In this document: positions 1-13,300 of the stretch, piece by piece
Numbering within the stretch: the stretch's first letter is position 1
Layout of the letters: every line of letters starts with the position of its first letter
NCBI RefSeq assembly: GCF_006345805.1
Contig: NC_043013.1
Coordinates: forward strand, 16,182,001 to 16,246,000
Source of the DNA: Octopus sinensis
Taxonomy: Eukaryota
Length of the DNA stretch: 64,000 nt
Direction: 5' to 3'
Made by a program: the position numbers and the translations under genes
Notes under the pieces: model-generated
Seen by the model: the letters and a program-made list of their open reading frames with translations, nothing else
Databases searched by the model: none
Told to the model about the DNA's origin: nothing

Positions 1-232
1 ATGCGAACACTGTGTCCCCCTCTGATTTTCATGCTACAAACACTTTACGCGGTCATGCGTTCTGCTAGAAATAGAAGTCATACTAAAAGATGCGTTTTTA
101 GGTAGCGAAGGACGCACTGGATAATATAGTCTTAGATATGCAATGTTTAAATAAAAGGTGGGATGATCATAACTGCAACAACGTTGATTATAGGTTTACT
201 AAACCAGGGTTAAACAGGTTTAGCAACAACAA

Positions 233-652
233 GGCGAGTTGGCAGAAACGTTAGCACGCCGGGCGAAACGCATAGCCGTATTTCGCCTGCCGTTACGTTC
301 TGAGTTCAAATTCCACCGAGGTCAACTTTGCCTTTCGTCCTTTCGGGGTCGATAAATTAAGTACCAGTTACGCACTGGGGTCGATGTAATCGACTTAATA
401 CCTATGTCTGTCCTTGTTTGTCCCCTCTGTGTTTAGCCCCTTGTGGGTAATAAAGAAATACGTATTTCGCCTGCCGTTATGTTCTGAGTTCAAATTCCAC
501 CGAGGTCGACTTTGCCTTTGATTCTTTCGGGGTCGATAAATTAAGCACCAGTTACGCACTGGGGTCGATGTAATCGACTTGATCCCCTTGTCTGTCCTTG
601 TTTGTTCCCTCTATGTTTAGCCCCTTGTGGGCAATAAAGAAATAAGAAATAA
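233..652 (+). mobile_element. tRNA-derived SINE (family A) with tandem 5'-truncated second copy
   Basis: Pol III A-box-like TGGCAGAAACG and B-box GAGTTCAAATTCC, tail ...CCCCTTGTGGGTAATAAAGAAATA. 461-652 repeats the body. Same family at 13085 and 33810. Confidence 0.85.
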
Positions 653-996
653 GATCACCTCTTAAGCTATAGTTTCTCCCACTGCAACTACAATTTTCCC
701 CATGCCACATCGATGATAAGCATTAGTCGATTCACTCAGCCATAACCTCTCCTTATTACGCAGAAGGCATGTCAACCTATAACACTTATCCATTGATCCA
801 TATATATTCACTCCATCGCTGTTTCAATACAAACAAGGGGAGGCTATTCTTACTGAAGAGGTCAAAATAAGATGAAAACATATGCAAGGATTTCTTCTGA
901 ACTTGCTGATAATAATAACATTTACTCCTTTTTTGACCATATATTTATTTCTAGATAGTTATATATATAAAAAAAACTGATATGAGTATTAAATAT

Positions 997-1211
997 ATTG
1001 GTTTCAGAATTTGGCACGAGGCCAGCAATTTTGTGGAAGGAGTAAGTCAATTACAAACCCCAGTGCTCAACTGGTACTAATTTTTATCGACTCCGAAAGG
1101 ATGAAAGGAAAATTCGGCCTGAACAGAATTTGAACTCGGTACCTAAAGACCGACGAAATTCTATTAAGCATTTTGCCCAGCGTACTATCGATTCTGCCAG
1201 TTCGCCGCCTT
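997..1211 (-). mobile_element. SINE family A variant (tail ...GCTGGCCTCGTGCCAAATTCTGAAACC)
   Basis: Reverse complement aligns to the family A head and core. The alternative tail is shared with the copies at 3443, 12616 and 46915. Confidence 0.75.
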
Positions 1212-1330
1212 CGTGTATTAAACATAACCACGTACTCATAGATGAATGTACATACACAGACACAGATTAACGTGATGCATGTATGCATATGTGTGTGTGT
1301 GCATATACATGCACACACACACATATATAT

Positions 1331-1500
1331 AGTTGAAATTTACAGAAAAAACAAAAGACGAAGGCAGGTGTATGAACAACAAACAGGTGTATTAGTTTGA
1401 CGCTCGGGAAAGTGAGAAAGTCTTTTACATTTCGAGCCAACGCTCCTCAACAGAAAGGAAGATGAGGAAATAAACAGAGAGAGAGGATAAAAAACTTGTG
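1331..1500 (-). mobile_element. Penelope-like terminal remnant with degenerate hammerhead motif
   Basis: Minus strand CTTT-CTGTTGA-GGAG-CGTTGG-CTC-GAAAT-GTA-AAAG (1422-1457), then a conserved tail ending in a TA-rich run. Similar to the copies at 48367 and 49412. Confidence 0.6.
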
Positions 1501-1539
1501 GATTTAGCGATCAATCATGGGACTCATGCTACATATATG

Positions 1540-1595
<56 letters not shown>

Positions 1596-2139
1596 TGTGT
1601 GTGTGTGTGCGTGTGTATGGGTTGGTGGGGATATCTTTGTGTCGGTGTTTGTCCCCAACACCGCTTGACAACCAATGTTGGAGTGTTTACGTCCATGTGA
1701 CTTAGTGGTTCTGAAGAAGGGGCCGATAGAATAAATACCAGACTAAAACAAAAAATACTGGAACTGATTCATTCCTCAAGGAGGTGCCCCAGCATTGCCG
1801 CACAGGACAAGAGAGTTTTTCTGCCCGCTTGGTCTCATTATCCGGTTATAACCAAAAATACAGCGGGCACGAACAACATGCATGTGTGCGTGCGGCGTGC
1901 ATGTTGCATGCGCGCGAGTGTGTGTGTGTGTGTTTTTGTCCGTGTGTATACTTATATGTGCAATTCTCTTTTAGAGCAGCGGATTTCGAAGGAGATAAAG
2001 CTATAGGTAATAGCATGTAAACAATATTGGATTTTAAAAATCAGTTATTTATTGTTTCATCAGCTTCGAGATCCACCGTTCCCAAAATGAATTATTTCAC
2101 GCTCTTTCAAAATTTATAAAGTCTTATATCTATCTATCT

Positions 2140-2793
<654 letters not shown>

Positions 2794-3134
2794 CCGTGTA
2801 TTGATCTGCACGTACATCGCTTCCACTTCATTGTTTTTGATTGGAATTTGCTTTTAAATGTTTGCTTAGTTTTTTTATTGATATTTTTTTTCCAGCAGAG
2901 AATGGTGCTAATAAGAGCGGAATGTTCCGCTCCGGTGCATAAATCTAAAATAATATTCTATAACCGAAGACGAATACGATAATAATGAACAAGTTTTCAA
3001 TTAAATGCTACGTTGTCTTCCTTTCTCTTGAAATTACATAGACTAATTTATAATATTTGTACAACTACCAACACTATGGAGAGTGGGGATGGTACTAATT
3101 AATATATACATTTATAACACACAGAACACAGACA

Positions 3135-3320
3135 CATCATCATCATCATCATCATTTAGCGTCCCTTTTTTCATGGGTTAGACGATTTGATTGGAACTGG
3201 TAAGCCACAGAGCTGTACTAGGTTCCAGTCTGATTTAGCCTTGTTTCTTCGGCTGGATGCCCTTCCTAACGCCAACCACTCCAATAGTAGTATAGTGGTT
3301 GTTTTTTACGTGTCACTGTC
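3135..3320 (-). mobile_element. SINE/non-autonomous retroelement family E, (TGA)n tail
   Basis: Contains GGCGTTAGGAAGGGCATCCAGC on the minus strand and a (ATG)n tail. Related copies at 53812 and 60690. Confidence 0.7.
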
Positions 3321-3378
3321 ACTGTCCACGACTACGATTTCACTTGACTTGGCGTATATACATACGTACATACATACC

Positions 3379-3439
<61 letters not shown>

Positions 3440-3442
3440 GAT

Positions 3443-3838
3443 ATTGGTTTCAAATTTTGGCACAAGGCCAACACTTTCGGAGAAGGACTATATCGACCCC
3501 AGTGCGCAACTGGTACTCATTTTATCGACCTCGAAAGTATGATAGGCAAAGTCGACCTCGGCAGGATTTGAATTCAGAGCGCAAAGACGGTCAAAACACT
3601 GCTAAACTATTTTTCACGGCGTCCTTTGGTTTCAAATTTAGACACAAACCCACCAGTTTCGGAGGAGGAGATAAGTGGATTACGTTGACCCTAGTTATCA
3701 ACTGATACTTGTTTTTATCGACCCCGAAAGAATGAAATGTAATGACGACTTAGGCGGAATTTGAACTCAGTACATAAAGACGGACCAAATGCCGCTAAGC
3801 ATTTTGTCCGGCGTGCTAATGATTGTCTGCTCGCCACC
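3443..3838 (-). mobile_element. Cluster of degenerate family A SINE fragments
   Basis: Repeated TTTATCGACCCCGAAAG / GAATTTGAACTCAG motifs, the reverse complement of the family A core. Confidence 0.7.
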
Positions 3839-4484
3839 TAATATGCATAATATACGTATTTATTGCTTATGTAGTTCGTTCGTTTGTTATGCAGTCAGTA
3901 ATACTAGCAATATGGCTGAAGAAAGGTACCTCAGCTTTGGGCTGGGGTTGTTCGGCAGATTAAATAAGCATGCAGTAGTGTATCATTTACGTAATAGAAA
4001 CATCGTTTATCTTAGATTACCTACACAATTAGTAGATAAAGGCTTCCTCTGAGAGTGTTTAAAATTCAGAAAGCACACCCAGCAGCTGGACGTTCTGCTC
4101 TACATCATCAGTCACCTTAAGCTGACTCAAGTTATACCATTTCTTTTGACCGAGAGCGTTAGCAAATGATGACTGTTGTTTTTGCTGTTGGTGTTGTCGT
4201 TGTGATGATGAGCAAAGCTGATACAAGCGGGATTTGAACTCAGAATGTAAAGACCTAGAACAAGCACGACAAACGCTTTCTTTTCCGACGCTCTAAGGCG
4301 TACCATGGTAAGTACACTTCTCTTCTCCGTACTCACCAGCCTACAGACGCCAACTTGGAGTAGGCCCACTCACTCGGGTCATCTTTTCCACATTCCCCAC
4401 CTTTCGACGTCAATCTTCCCCCTAATCCTCTATTGAACACCACGGGAGAACATCCACTGACCGCAGTAAAAACATCAACTAATA

Positions 4485-4930
4485 TAATTATGATAATTTC
4501 TTTATTAATCTTAGGGCCGCAAAAACATTTACATCAATACAAAGACAAGCTTAAACGATAATTTAGAATAACAATTAACGCAAAAAAGATTCTAACAAAT
4601 TCCCCAGTGGGAGGAAAAACCATCAAAGGGAAACCAAGGAACACCACAGAGCCTAAACCACCCTACTTGCTAGGAGTACCATCAGGCCGTCCTTCTCATA
4701 CCACACCCCACCTTCCGAATCGCTTTTGCCATCCTCTGCCGAGCGCCACGATGGAATATCCGGCAGAGGGTTGCGAGTGCCTGCAGGCTCGCAAGGTGCC
4801 AGGTGCCCTCACTCGCTCTACACTTGATCCAGGACTGCAGCTTTGTCAAAGAGGTGTGTTACGGAAAAGCACATCTAACATTTGCTCACCGCTGGATATG
4901 TCGTAGCCTCAGCCTATGTCTACGCATCAT
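4485..4930 (-). mobile_element. Probable LINE 3' end (possibly a second Tx1-like family)
   Basis: Minus strand ends GCCCTAAGATTAATAAAGAAAT, resembling the Tx1 3' end GCCCTGTGTGGCTAATAAAAGAAAG. Upstream sequence is GC-richer and decayed, with no clean ORF. Confidence 0.4.
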
Positions 4931-4983
4931 TAACCATTTTGTCCGGTATACTAACGATTCTGCCATCTCGACACTTAAATTAT

Positions 4984-5026
<43 letters not shown>

Positions 5027-5044
5027 GTAATAGCAATAGCAGCT

Positions 5045-5095
<51 letters not shown>

Positions 5096-5447
5096 ATTAG
5101 CCAACTTATAATAATGGTTGTCATGGTGTTGCTAGGGTGGTAATATAAGCATTATTGCCATGAAAAGATAAAAACGATCTGAAGGAGGTTTTTCAAGTAC
5201 TTCCAGTTTTTTCCTTCTTTCTTTTGCCCGAACCTTTGTTTTGGAGCCATTTGATAAACTAATGAGGATGACTTTCTTCAGAAATTGTTAGATATGCAAG
5301 TTTGCAAGCATGTATGTATGCGTGTGTGTGTGTGTATGTATGTATGTATGTATGTATGTATGTATGTATGTATGTATGTATGTATGCATGTATGTGTGTG
5401 TGTATGGATGGGTGGATGGATGATGGCTGGATGTATAGATAAATAGG

Positions 5448-5505
<58 letters not shown>

Positions 5506-5506
<1 letters not shown>

Positions 5507-7146
5507 CTTTCTTTTATTAGCCACACAGGGCTGAATACAGAGAGGACAAATACAAATGTAGAGCTTTTCTTTTCGAGGGTGGAAAATAAGGAAAATAAAT
5601 GTAAGATTTCGATCAAAAGGGATCGAGAGGAGATAAAAAAAAATAAATCCGGTATCACAGAAACATTGATAAAAAATATTGATAAAACAAGATTGGGTTC
5701 ATCCGTGGGAAGAAAAGCCTACAGAAAAGACCACGGGAACCTCAGTCAGGGAGAAAAATAACCACATGAGAGCAAAATGCTCTCTTTCTCTCTTTTTTAC
5801 GATTTACAGGGTCATGCTCAAAATGGTTTCGTCACTCGCACGCACCATCTTTGCAACATTCACCCATCTTTTTTTTAATCTTTCGCGAGACAAAACTTCC
5901 CTCCCCATTCTCACCTTCCTTTTCAAGTGGTACTTGAAAAAGCTGATGAGCGATTGGCCAGAGAGGTAAGTGTTTGTCTGTAATCCTTTCGCTCGGGTCC
6001 ACCACACACATTCTTTCACCATGGCCACCAGTACGATGAAAACTGCCTTGCCTTCCCGGTTGAGGGAAGGGGGCGGAGCAATTTCTTTTAAAGATAGACT
6101 CGGCCGATAGGCAGACTCGTCCCACACGCGACAGTAGCTGTTCGGCATAAGCCTACATGTCCGAAATGGTTGGACACAGCACGAGTGCATGCAGAACGGT
6201 TTCGTCGCTCTGACCGCATCTCGGGCAAGTCGGTCCGGTGCGTCTCGAACCGTGCCTGTAGAGCTTATCCCGAACGGGTCATGCTTCTCGATAGCACTGC
6301 CAGGTCAGGGATCCTTGGTGATTGTCCATAGGTCCCGGCCCGAAAGTTGTCCTGAACAGGCGAGTCAGGTGTTCCTCGTCGACGCCCAGATTCTGCTCAA
6401 GAATGTCGTCGCACCTTCCCTCCACTAATCCTCTATAGAACGCCTTTGTTGTAATAAAGTCACACAAGTTTGATCCCGTACAGCAGAGTTGCTTTAGAGC
6501 AACGCGACACTCGCGGTGCTATTCGCTAAGCCTCGGTTTCTGTTTGATCCACGACTGCAGTTCGGCCAAAGAGACGAGCTGCGGGAAAGCGCGCCGCACA
6601 GACGGCGACCACACCTGTTCACCATCGTCTATGAAGCGCTGGAGATGTTGCAGTCTCAGTGCATCATCAACTACGGCATGCCTAGCCCTCCGTTTAGCGT
6701 GTGTGTTGATGGCAGCAAGTGGATCACCTAACCATCGGAACGCTTCCCTTCTACAAGAAACGGAAGAGTATGCACTCCAGTTTGGTGATTGTAGGGTCGG
6801 GACAAGGCACGACGGTCAGACGGTAATCGATGACGGATGCGATGTACGCGTTCCCCACCTCCGCCTGACCTTTTGGGGATAGCTTCCTCTCGGCCCATTG
6901 CTGGGTGAGAGTGGACACTCTAGTCGTTATTTCGCCCCAGTTCTTCTCCATTTGGAGGTCCGGACCGAACCAGACACCGAGCAATTTAATCGGTCCGTCC
7001 GTCCAGTATCCCACGATGGAGACGCTGTTGACGGTATGAGCTTGCTTCTCCAGGTGCCGAACCGCAAGCCCACTGACTTTTCCCGGTTAATTTTTGCTCC
7101 CGTTACCGCTTCGTATTCTTTTTGTGTCTCGCCGACCAGGTCGATA
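5506..7146 (-). mobile_element. 5'-truncated L1/Tx1-clade LINE (end of RT, C-terminal domain, 3' UTR)
   Basis: Frameshifted peptides YEAVTGAKINREKS, IKLLGVWFGP..RKLSPKGQAEVGNAYIASVIDYRL and CVWWTRAKG..FFKYHLKRKVR..KKRWVNV are typical of Tx1 ORF2. The 3' UTR with AATAAA ends at a (TCTA)n tract. Confidence 0.9.
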
Positions 7147-7296
7147 TTTATAAAATTATATTCTTTGTATTCATTTTTACCTCAATTGGTTTTTACATGC
7201 TAACGACTTGATGAAATCCTATAGAGATTTCATCCTTAATTTTAATTGATATATACATATATGTATGTATGTATATATATATAATATATATATAAT

Positions 7297-7332
<36 letters not shown>

Positions 7333-7577
7333 ATATAATATATGATATATATATATATATAAAACATATATATATTCACATATAAATATACAAATAAATG
7401 TATGCATGAATGTATACATGTTTGTGTGTGTGTGTATATATATGTATATATTCACATATATTTGTGTACACACACACTAACACACACACGCACACACATA
7501 CACGCATGCACATATATAAACATACATACTTACATATAAATGCAAATGAATTTATGCATGAATGTATATATATATAT

Positions 7578-7809
7578 ACCGGAGTAAACACATAAATGTG
7601 AAACAAGGTGGAAAAAAGAGTACTCAAATACCAGTGGTAGAGTAATATGCTTTATTTTAAGCAGCAGAAAATTCAACAAAATCTGTTACTCTGAGTTTCT
7701 CGTTGCCGTTCATCAGACAGTTTTTAGCAAAAACTGTCTGATGAACGGCAACGAGAAACTCAGAGTAACAGATTTTGTTGAATTTTCTACTGCTTAAAAT
7801 AAAGTATAT
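7578..7809. mobile_element. Penelope-like terminal repeat in inverted (foldback) arrangement with hammerhead motifs
   Basis: Arms 7645-7725 and 7729-7809 (2 mismatches). Each carries CTGATGA..GAAAC..GTA followed by AATAAA. The minus-strand copy continues to a (TA)n tail at about 7578. Confidence 0.7.
7729..7776 (+). ncRNA. Minimal type I hammerhead ribozyme motif (mirror copy at 7678-7725 on minus strand)
   Basis: Stem I AAAAACTGT/ACAGATTTT, core CTGATGA, stem II CG-GCAA-CG, GAAAC, near-palindromic stem III ACTCAGAGT, GUA cleavage triplet at 7765-7767. Activity untested. Confidence 0.6.
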
Positions 7810-8289
7810 ATATATATATATATATAGTCAAAATGAGGGTGAAAAAATTGGATATTTTGACTTTAATTATAAATTGATATGTTCTCAAACCGGAGTAAAC
7901 TACTGCAGTAAATTACTTATGGAGTATTTATTTCTGGGAATTTAGCGCGCCAGAAGGAGGGCATTTGAATGTAACTATGAATATAATCAGCCGAACTATT
8001 CGTCTCTCTGACCTCGTGTTAATATATGGCGTGCAGTTTGACAAATTATATTCTATGACGTGCTCCACTGATGATCCGAGGATATTTATGTAAGTAAAGT
8101 TACATAATTTATTAACGGTGAAACAATTGAATGGGGTTAATCTATATTTTCGTTATTTTTCATTTGTCCTGCTCGCTTACGTTCTTGGTGTGTTGAATTA
8201 TTTCTTGAGAACAATTCTTAGTGGTTGAGTCCCTTTGCGGATCTATATCTAGCGTAAGAGCGTCCACATAGTGGATTCTCTCTTATAGT

Positions 8290-8368
<79 letters not shown>

Positions 8369-8975
8369 ATGTATATACATATCTACATACATGAGCATGT
8401 GCGTTTATATATACGTATAAATGTGTGTGTATATGTATTTATGTGTGTGTGTACAAGTCTATATGAGATACAGATACACATGCACAGACACGCATATATG
8501 GGTAAATAGATAGATAGATAGATAGATAGATAGACAGACAAGTAAGTAAGTAGACAGGCAAAGATAAAAATAGATATATATACATGCTTATATATGTGTA
8601 ATAAAACTCTGACACGCTTACACTAAAACACACACACACATGCGTATTTGCGTGTGTGTGTGTGTTCTCTTGCGTGTGTATGTTACACATGAACTTAATT
8701 GTCTATATTTGTCAGCAACCTTCTGAAATATTTTTGGAATAGATTCAGCCATTTATTAAACCAGAACAAAAGTGAATAGATGTGGGTGTGGGTGTGTGTG
8801 TGTGTGCGTGTGTCTACGTATGAATGAGTATAAAGTATTATTTACGGATGATTGAGAGAAGGAAGAACTGTGGTGGTGGTGGGGGGGGAGAAAACTAAGC
8901 ACATTCGCTAACTATAACAAAAGAAAAGTTTATAAGTATATTGCGTGGCACGATGAATGATAATAATAATAATAA

Positions 8976-9023
<48 letters not shown>

Positions 9024-9253
9024 TGTAATAATAATAATTGTAATAATAATAATTGGTGATGATGATGATGATGATGAGGATGATGATGGTGATGATGATT
9101 AATAATCTAATTGAAGTATACACGCGGTAGAAATTCAATGCTACTAAGAACGGGAAATAAAGCGCAGACTAAACACACACACACACACACACATGTATGT
9201 ATATATGCATGCATTTATATACATATTTTAAACACACACACAAACACACACAC

Positions 9254-9296
<43 letters not shown>

Positions 9297-9365
9297 ATAT
9301 ATATATAATACATATATCATATATATATATATATATATAGATATTATATATATATAATCTATTAT

Positions 9366-9397
<32 letters not shown>

Positions 9398-9403
9398 TAT
9401 TAT

Positions 9404-9465
<62 letters not shown>

Positions 9466-10503
9466 CACACAATACAAATTTATAGACATACATGCATATA
9501 CATCCAGACATTCACATATTCACATACAGATACATATATACACATATCTACACTTGCACACACTTTCATACACACACACACACACACATACACACACACA
9601 CACACACGCTCATATACCCATACACGTTTACAGGCTCAATTACCCAAGAAATACATATGCCAAAAATACATGCTCTGCAAATATAAAATAAAATGATGTA
9701 AAAACGAAGTTTCCAAAATCACGTTCAACTAAAACCGCAGTAACCAGCCATCTCCTCTCTCTGCTGAAACGGGGGGGGACTAAAACCCCCACACCAACCC
9801 CCCCCCCAGTCTAACCACTGTCTCTCAAGCAAAAACCCACGCTAAAAAAAACGCTCTAATCTTTCACTCTAACCGCCACCCCACCCCCACCACCACCACC
9901 TCTCCAAAACAAACACTAAAACTCCCGCATTCTAAAACATCCCACACGAAAAGCCTACGGAGTAAAAACTCACACTCACTCCTCACGCACATACACACGC
10001 ACGCTAGAGATGCTCGACACTCGGTGAGACATACGAAATACATACACTGCCAACGTTTCTTAAAGATACGCCACCTCTGAACACACAATCAGTGAAACAC
10101 ACAGAAAATACTCTTACATAGGCTAAATACACACACACACGCATACTCACACTCACACTCACACACATACACACACATACACGCTCACTCAAAGAATTAC
10201 ACAATAAAACACACAAGACACACCAAATATAAATATAAATCAAGGGTTTAGTCAGAACAGAATACATTCTATCCATTATTAGATATTTTACCATCCGTTC
10301 TCTTATTGATTTATTGATTAACTTCGATAATTTTCTAAAATGATTTTCTCGCTTTCAGAAAGGCAGCCATTTTCTAATTTTTTTCCCTCCTAATTTTTTT
10401 GTATATTTTTACTATAAAATTATCATCATCATCATTATCATTATAATTGTTGTTATTGTTGTTGTTATTGTTGTTATTATTATTGTTATTGTTGTTGTTG
10501 TTG

Positions 10504-10552
<49 letters not shown>

Positions 10553-10918
10553 CGTTATTATTATTTGTTGTCGTTGTTGTTGCATTTTTTATACAAACAT
10601 GAATTTACAAATATTAAGAAGCAAGATTCGATTTTTTTCTTTCTTTTTACAGAAACAAAAAGAATAAAAGAAACAAATGTTTTTTAAAAATATTCAAAAG
10701 GTTTTAAAAAGTTTGAAATGCATGAAGTCAACTCGAAAAGTAGATTATTAATTATAGCATTAGTTTCCCATAGGAAGATTTTCAGTAAAAAAAACAAATG
10801 AACACATATACAATACACTCACACATATATATATATATATACACATGTTTGTGTGTATGTTTATATGTATGTATAAGCTTATATATGTTTATATCTACAT
10901 ATGTATATGTATGTGTGC

Positions 10919-10970
<52 letters not shown>

Positions 10971-11106
10971 GTGTGTGTAAGGTTATAGACATTGATGGCG
11001 TTTAGAAAATTACTATTTTAAAATCTCACAACGAGAGGTATTCAGCAACAGTACTTTGGAGTAAAGATTGTTTGCCAACATAACATGGCAGTCCTGGGTT
11101 AGGACG

Positions 11107-11374
11107 AATGTTGCTGTAATTTAGCTCCAGGAGATATTGTCGCCAGCTGACATTACGACGCGATCTGTGTTCATATATTTTCGAATAAGGGAATCTAGCA
11201 CCCCCACTCAACCCCACCTCTGTGCTGATGAATGGAAATAACCTGGAAATCGCAATACACAGATATTGTTTTGAGCTGAGTTGGGGTGTAAGATTCCCTT
11301 GTTCGAAAATATAAGGACACAGATCATGTATAGCCAGTTGGAGACGATGTCTTCTGGGGCTAAATTACAGCATT
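11107..11374. mobile_element. Degenerate foldback/MITE-like element
   Basis: Imperfect inverted arms of about 100 bp (11107-11213 vs 11272-11374), e.g. TGTAATTTAGCTCCAGGAGA vs TCTTCTGGGGCTAAATTACA. Confidence 0.6.
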
Positions 11375-11924
11375 TAGTGACGGCGACGTTATACCTCCAT
11401 TCACCTTGCCACACGGCCTCAGATTCAACACGGAGGCCTACATCAAGTGCTTGGAGGAGTTAGTACTGCTCTGGGTCAAGAGGGTGGCTGCTGGAAGACC
11501 CGATGTCTGGCAACAGGACTCTGCACCATGCCTCACAAGCAGGAGAACCTAGTCATAGCTGTCAGACAGTTTCTATGACCAAAACACACCTAACATCTGG
11601 CCACCTAACACCTCAGACTGCAACCCCCTTGGTTATTATGTGTGGGGCGCAGTTGAATGAGAGACCAACAAAACTCCTTGTAACACCAAAGATGAACAGA
11701 AGGCAAGTATTATGGCAGCATTCCCCAGCTTAAAGAAAGAGACTGTTTAGAAGAGTTGCAGGAGATTCCGAAGTTGCCTAGAAGCCGTGGTTGAAGTCAA
11801 AGGCGATTTTAGTATTTCAAGATATTTTTTATGTAATTTTGGTAAATATATCTGTTAAAATGAGATATCAGAGTTATTTTCATTTTGGAGGTAATTTAGA
11901 CGACAGTTTATTCTTTGCACCCTG
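11375..11924 (+). mobile_element. Tc1/mariner DD37D (maT) transposase 3' remnant with right TIR
   Basis: SDGDVIPPF..WQQDSAPC..IWPPNTSDCNPLGYYVWG, with 37 residues between the second D and the (mutated) third D position. In-frame stops. Ends TTTGCACCCTG. Confidence 0.85.
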
Positions 11925-12615
11925 CATATGTGTGTATATATATGTGAAGATAATCTGGTACTTGACTGAGGAAAGAAAACTTCGAATGACCCGTCCTTGT
12001 TTTCTTTGTATCGTCTATCTGGGTGTTTTTGTTGTCCCATTTTCGTATCACCTAACTGTGTAGATGCTTTGCGTTCTTGTCCCAACAATAATAATCATTA
12101 TTTTTATTATATAACGATATTGTTGTTATTGTTGATGATGATGATGATGACGACGACAACGATGGTGATGATGATGATGATGATTATGATAGTAATGATG
12201 ATGATAGTGTTGATGATGATATTTACAAAATGCAAATATATTCACAAATACTATCGATTTGTCAGCCATGGCCAGTGAACAATATTCTGACATATCGACG
12301 TGAAAAAGAGATAAGAAATAATATAAACACGTATCAAATAGCCGAATCATGTAAATAGCTCAAATTTGTTGACATCAGGCTTACTAACATATTAGCAGAT
12401 TGACAGTTATTAACGCTGCGACAATACCTATAGTGACGTATCATTTCAATATCACCAACTGGAAAATAAATAACATCAAAACATTGGACATCAAAACAAA
12501 AGTATAACTATTGACTGAAGAGAAGATGTACCCCCTGAAAATGATAGGCTATCAACTTGAGCCACACTTATACTGAATCGTAAAACATCAGGTCTACTCC
12601 AGCGAGAAAGAAATA

Positions 12616-12836
12616 CTGGTTTCAAATTTTGGCACAAGGCCAGCAATTTTGATGGTGGTGTGGTGGTGGAAGGGGGTAAGTCGATTAAATCGATCCTAGT
12701 GCTCAACTAGTACTCATTTTATCAACCTCCGAAGGAATAAAAGGCAAAGTCGATCTCGGCGGATTTTGAGCTCAGGACGAAATGCCACAAAGCTTTTTGG
12801 CTGGCGCGATATACGATTCTGCCTGCTCGCCGCCTT
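12616..12836 (-). mobile_element. SINE family A variant
   Basis: Reverse complement of family A head, core and the alternative tail. Confidence 0.75.
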
Positions 12837-13084
12837 GCAAATCAATCCAGAAAAAAGAAGAGAAAGACGAGAAAGAAATATTGCAATTCAAGAAAGGGCT
12901 TCATACTTTAAAATTTCACCAACAGAAATCTAAGTGACAACATTTTATGCCAAATGAATGAAAGAGAAGGCTAAATTCTATAGCCAGATTCAACAGTGGA
13001 AAACCTGAAAGAACAAGATAATGCACAAGCAGTAGCCAAAGAGGATGCAAGAACCATATATAGGCCAATTGAAGATATACCTAT

Positions 13085-13300
13085 GGCGAGCTGGCAGAAA
13101 CGTTAGCATGCCGGGCGATGTGCGTAGCCGTATTTCGTCTGAGTTCAAATTCAGCCGAGGTTGACTTTGCCTTTCATCCTTTTGAGGTCGATAAATTAAG
13201 TACCAGTTACGCACTGGGGTCGATGTAATCGACTTAATCCGTTTGCCTGTCCTTGTTTGTCCCCTCTGTGTTTAGCCCCTTGTGGGTAGTAAAGAAATAG
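13085..13300 (+). mobile_element. SINE family A
   Basis: Near full-length match to 233-460. Confidence 0.85.

Noticed and set aside
2896-2942. Possible plus-strand terminal exon (ENGANKSGMFRSGA-stop) containing hairpin GAGCGGAA-TG-TTCCGCTC
   Set aside because: Short, with no partner exon or recognisable homology; an 8-bp hairpin can arise by chance.
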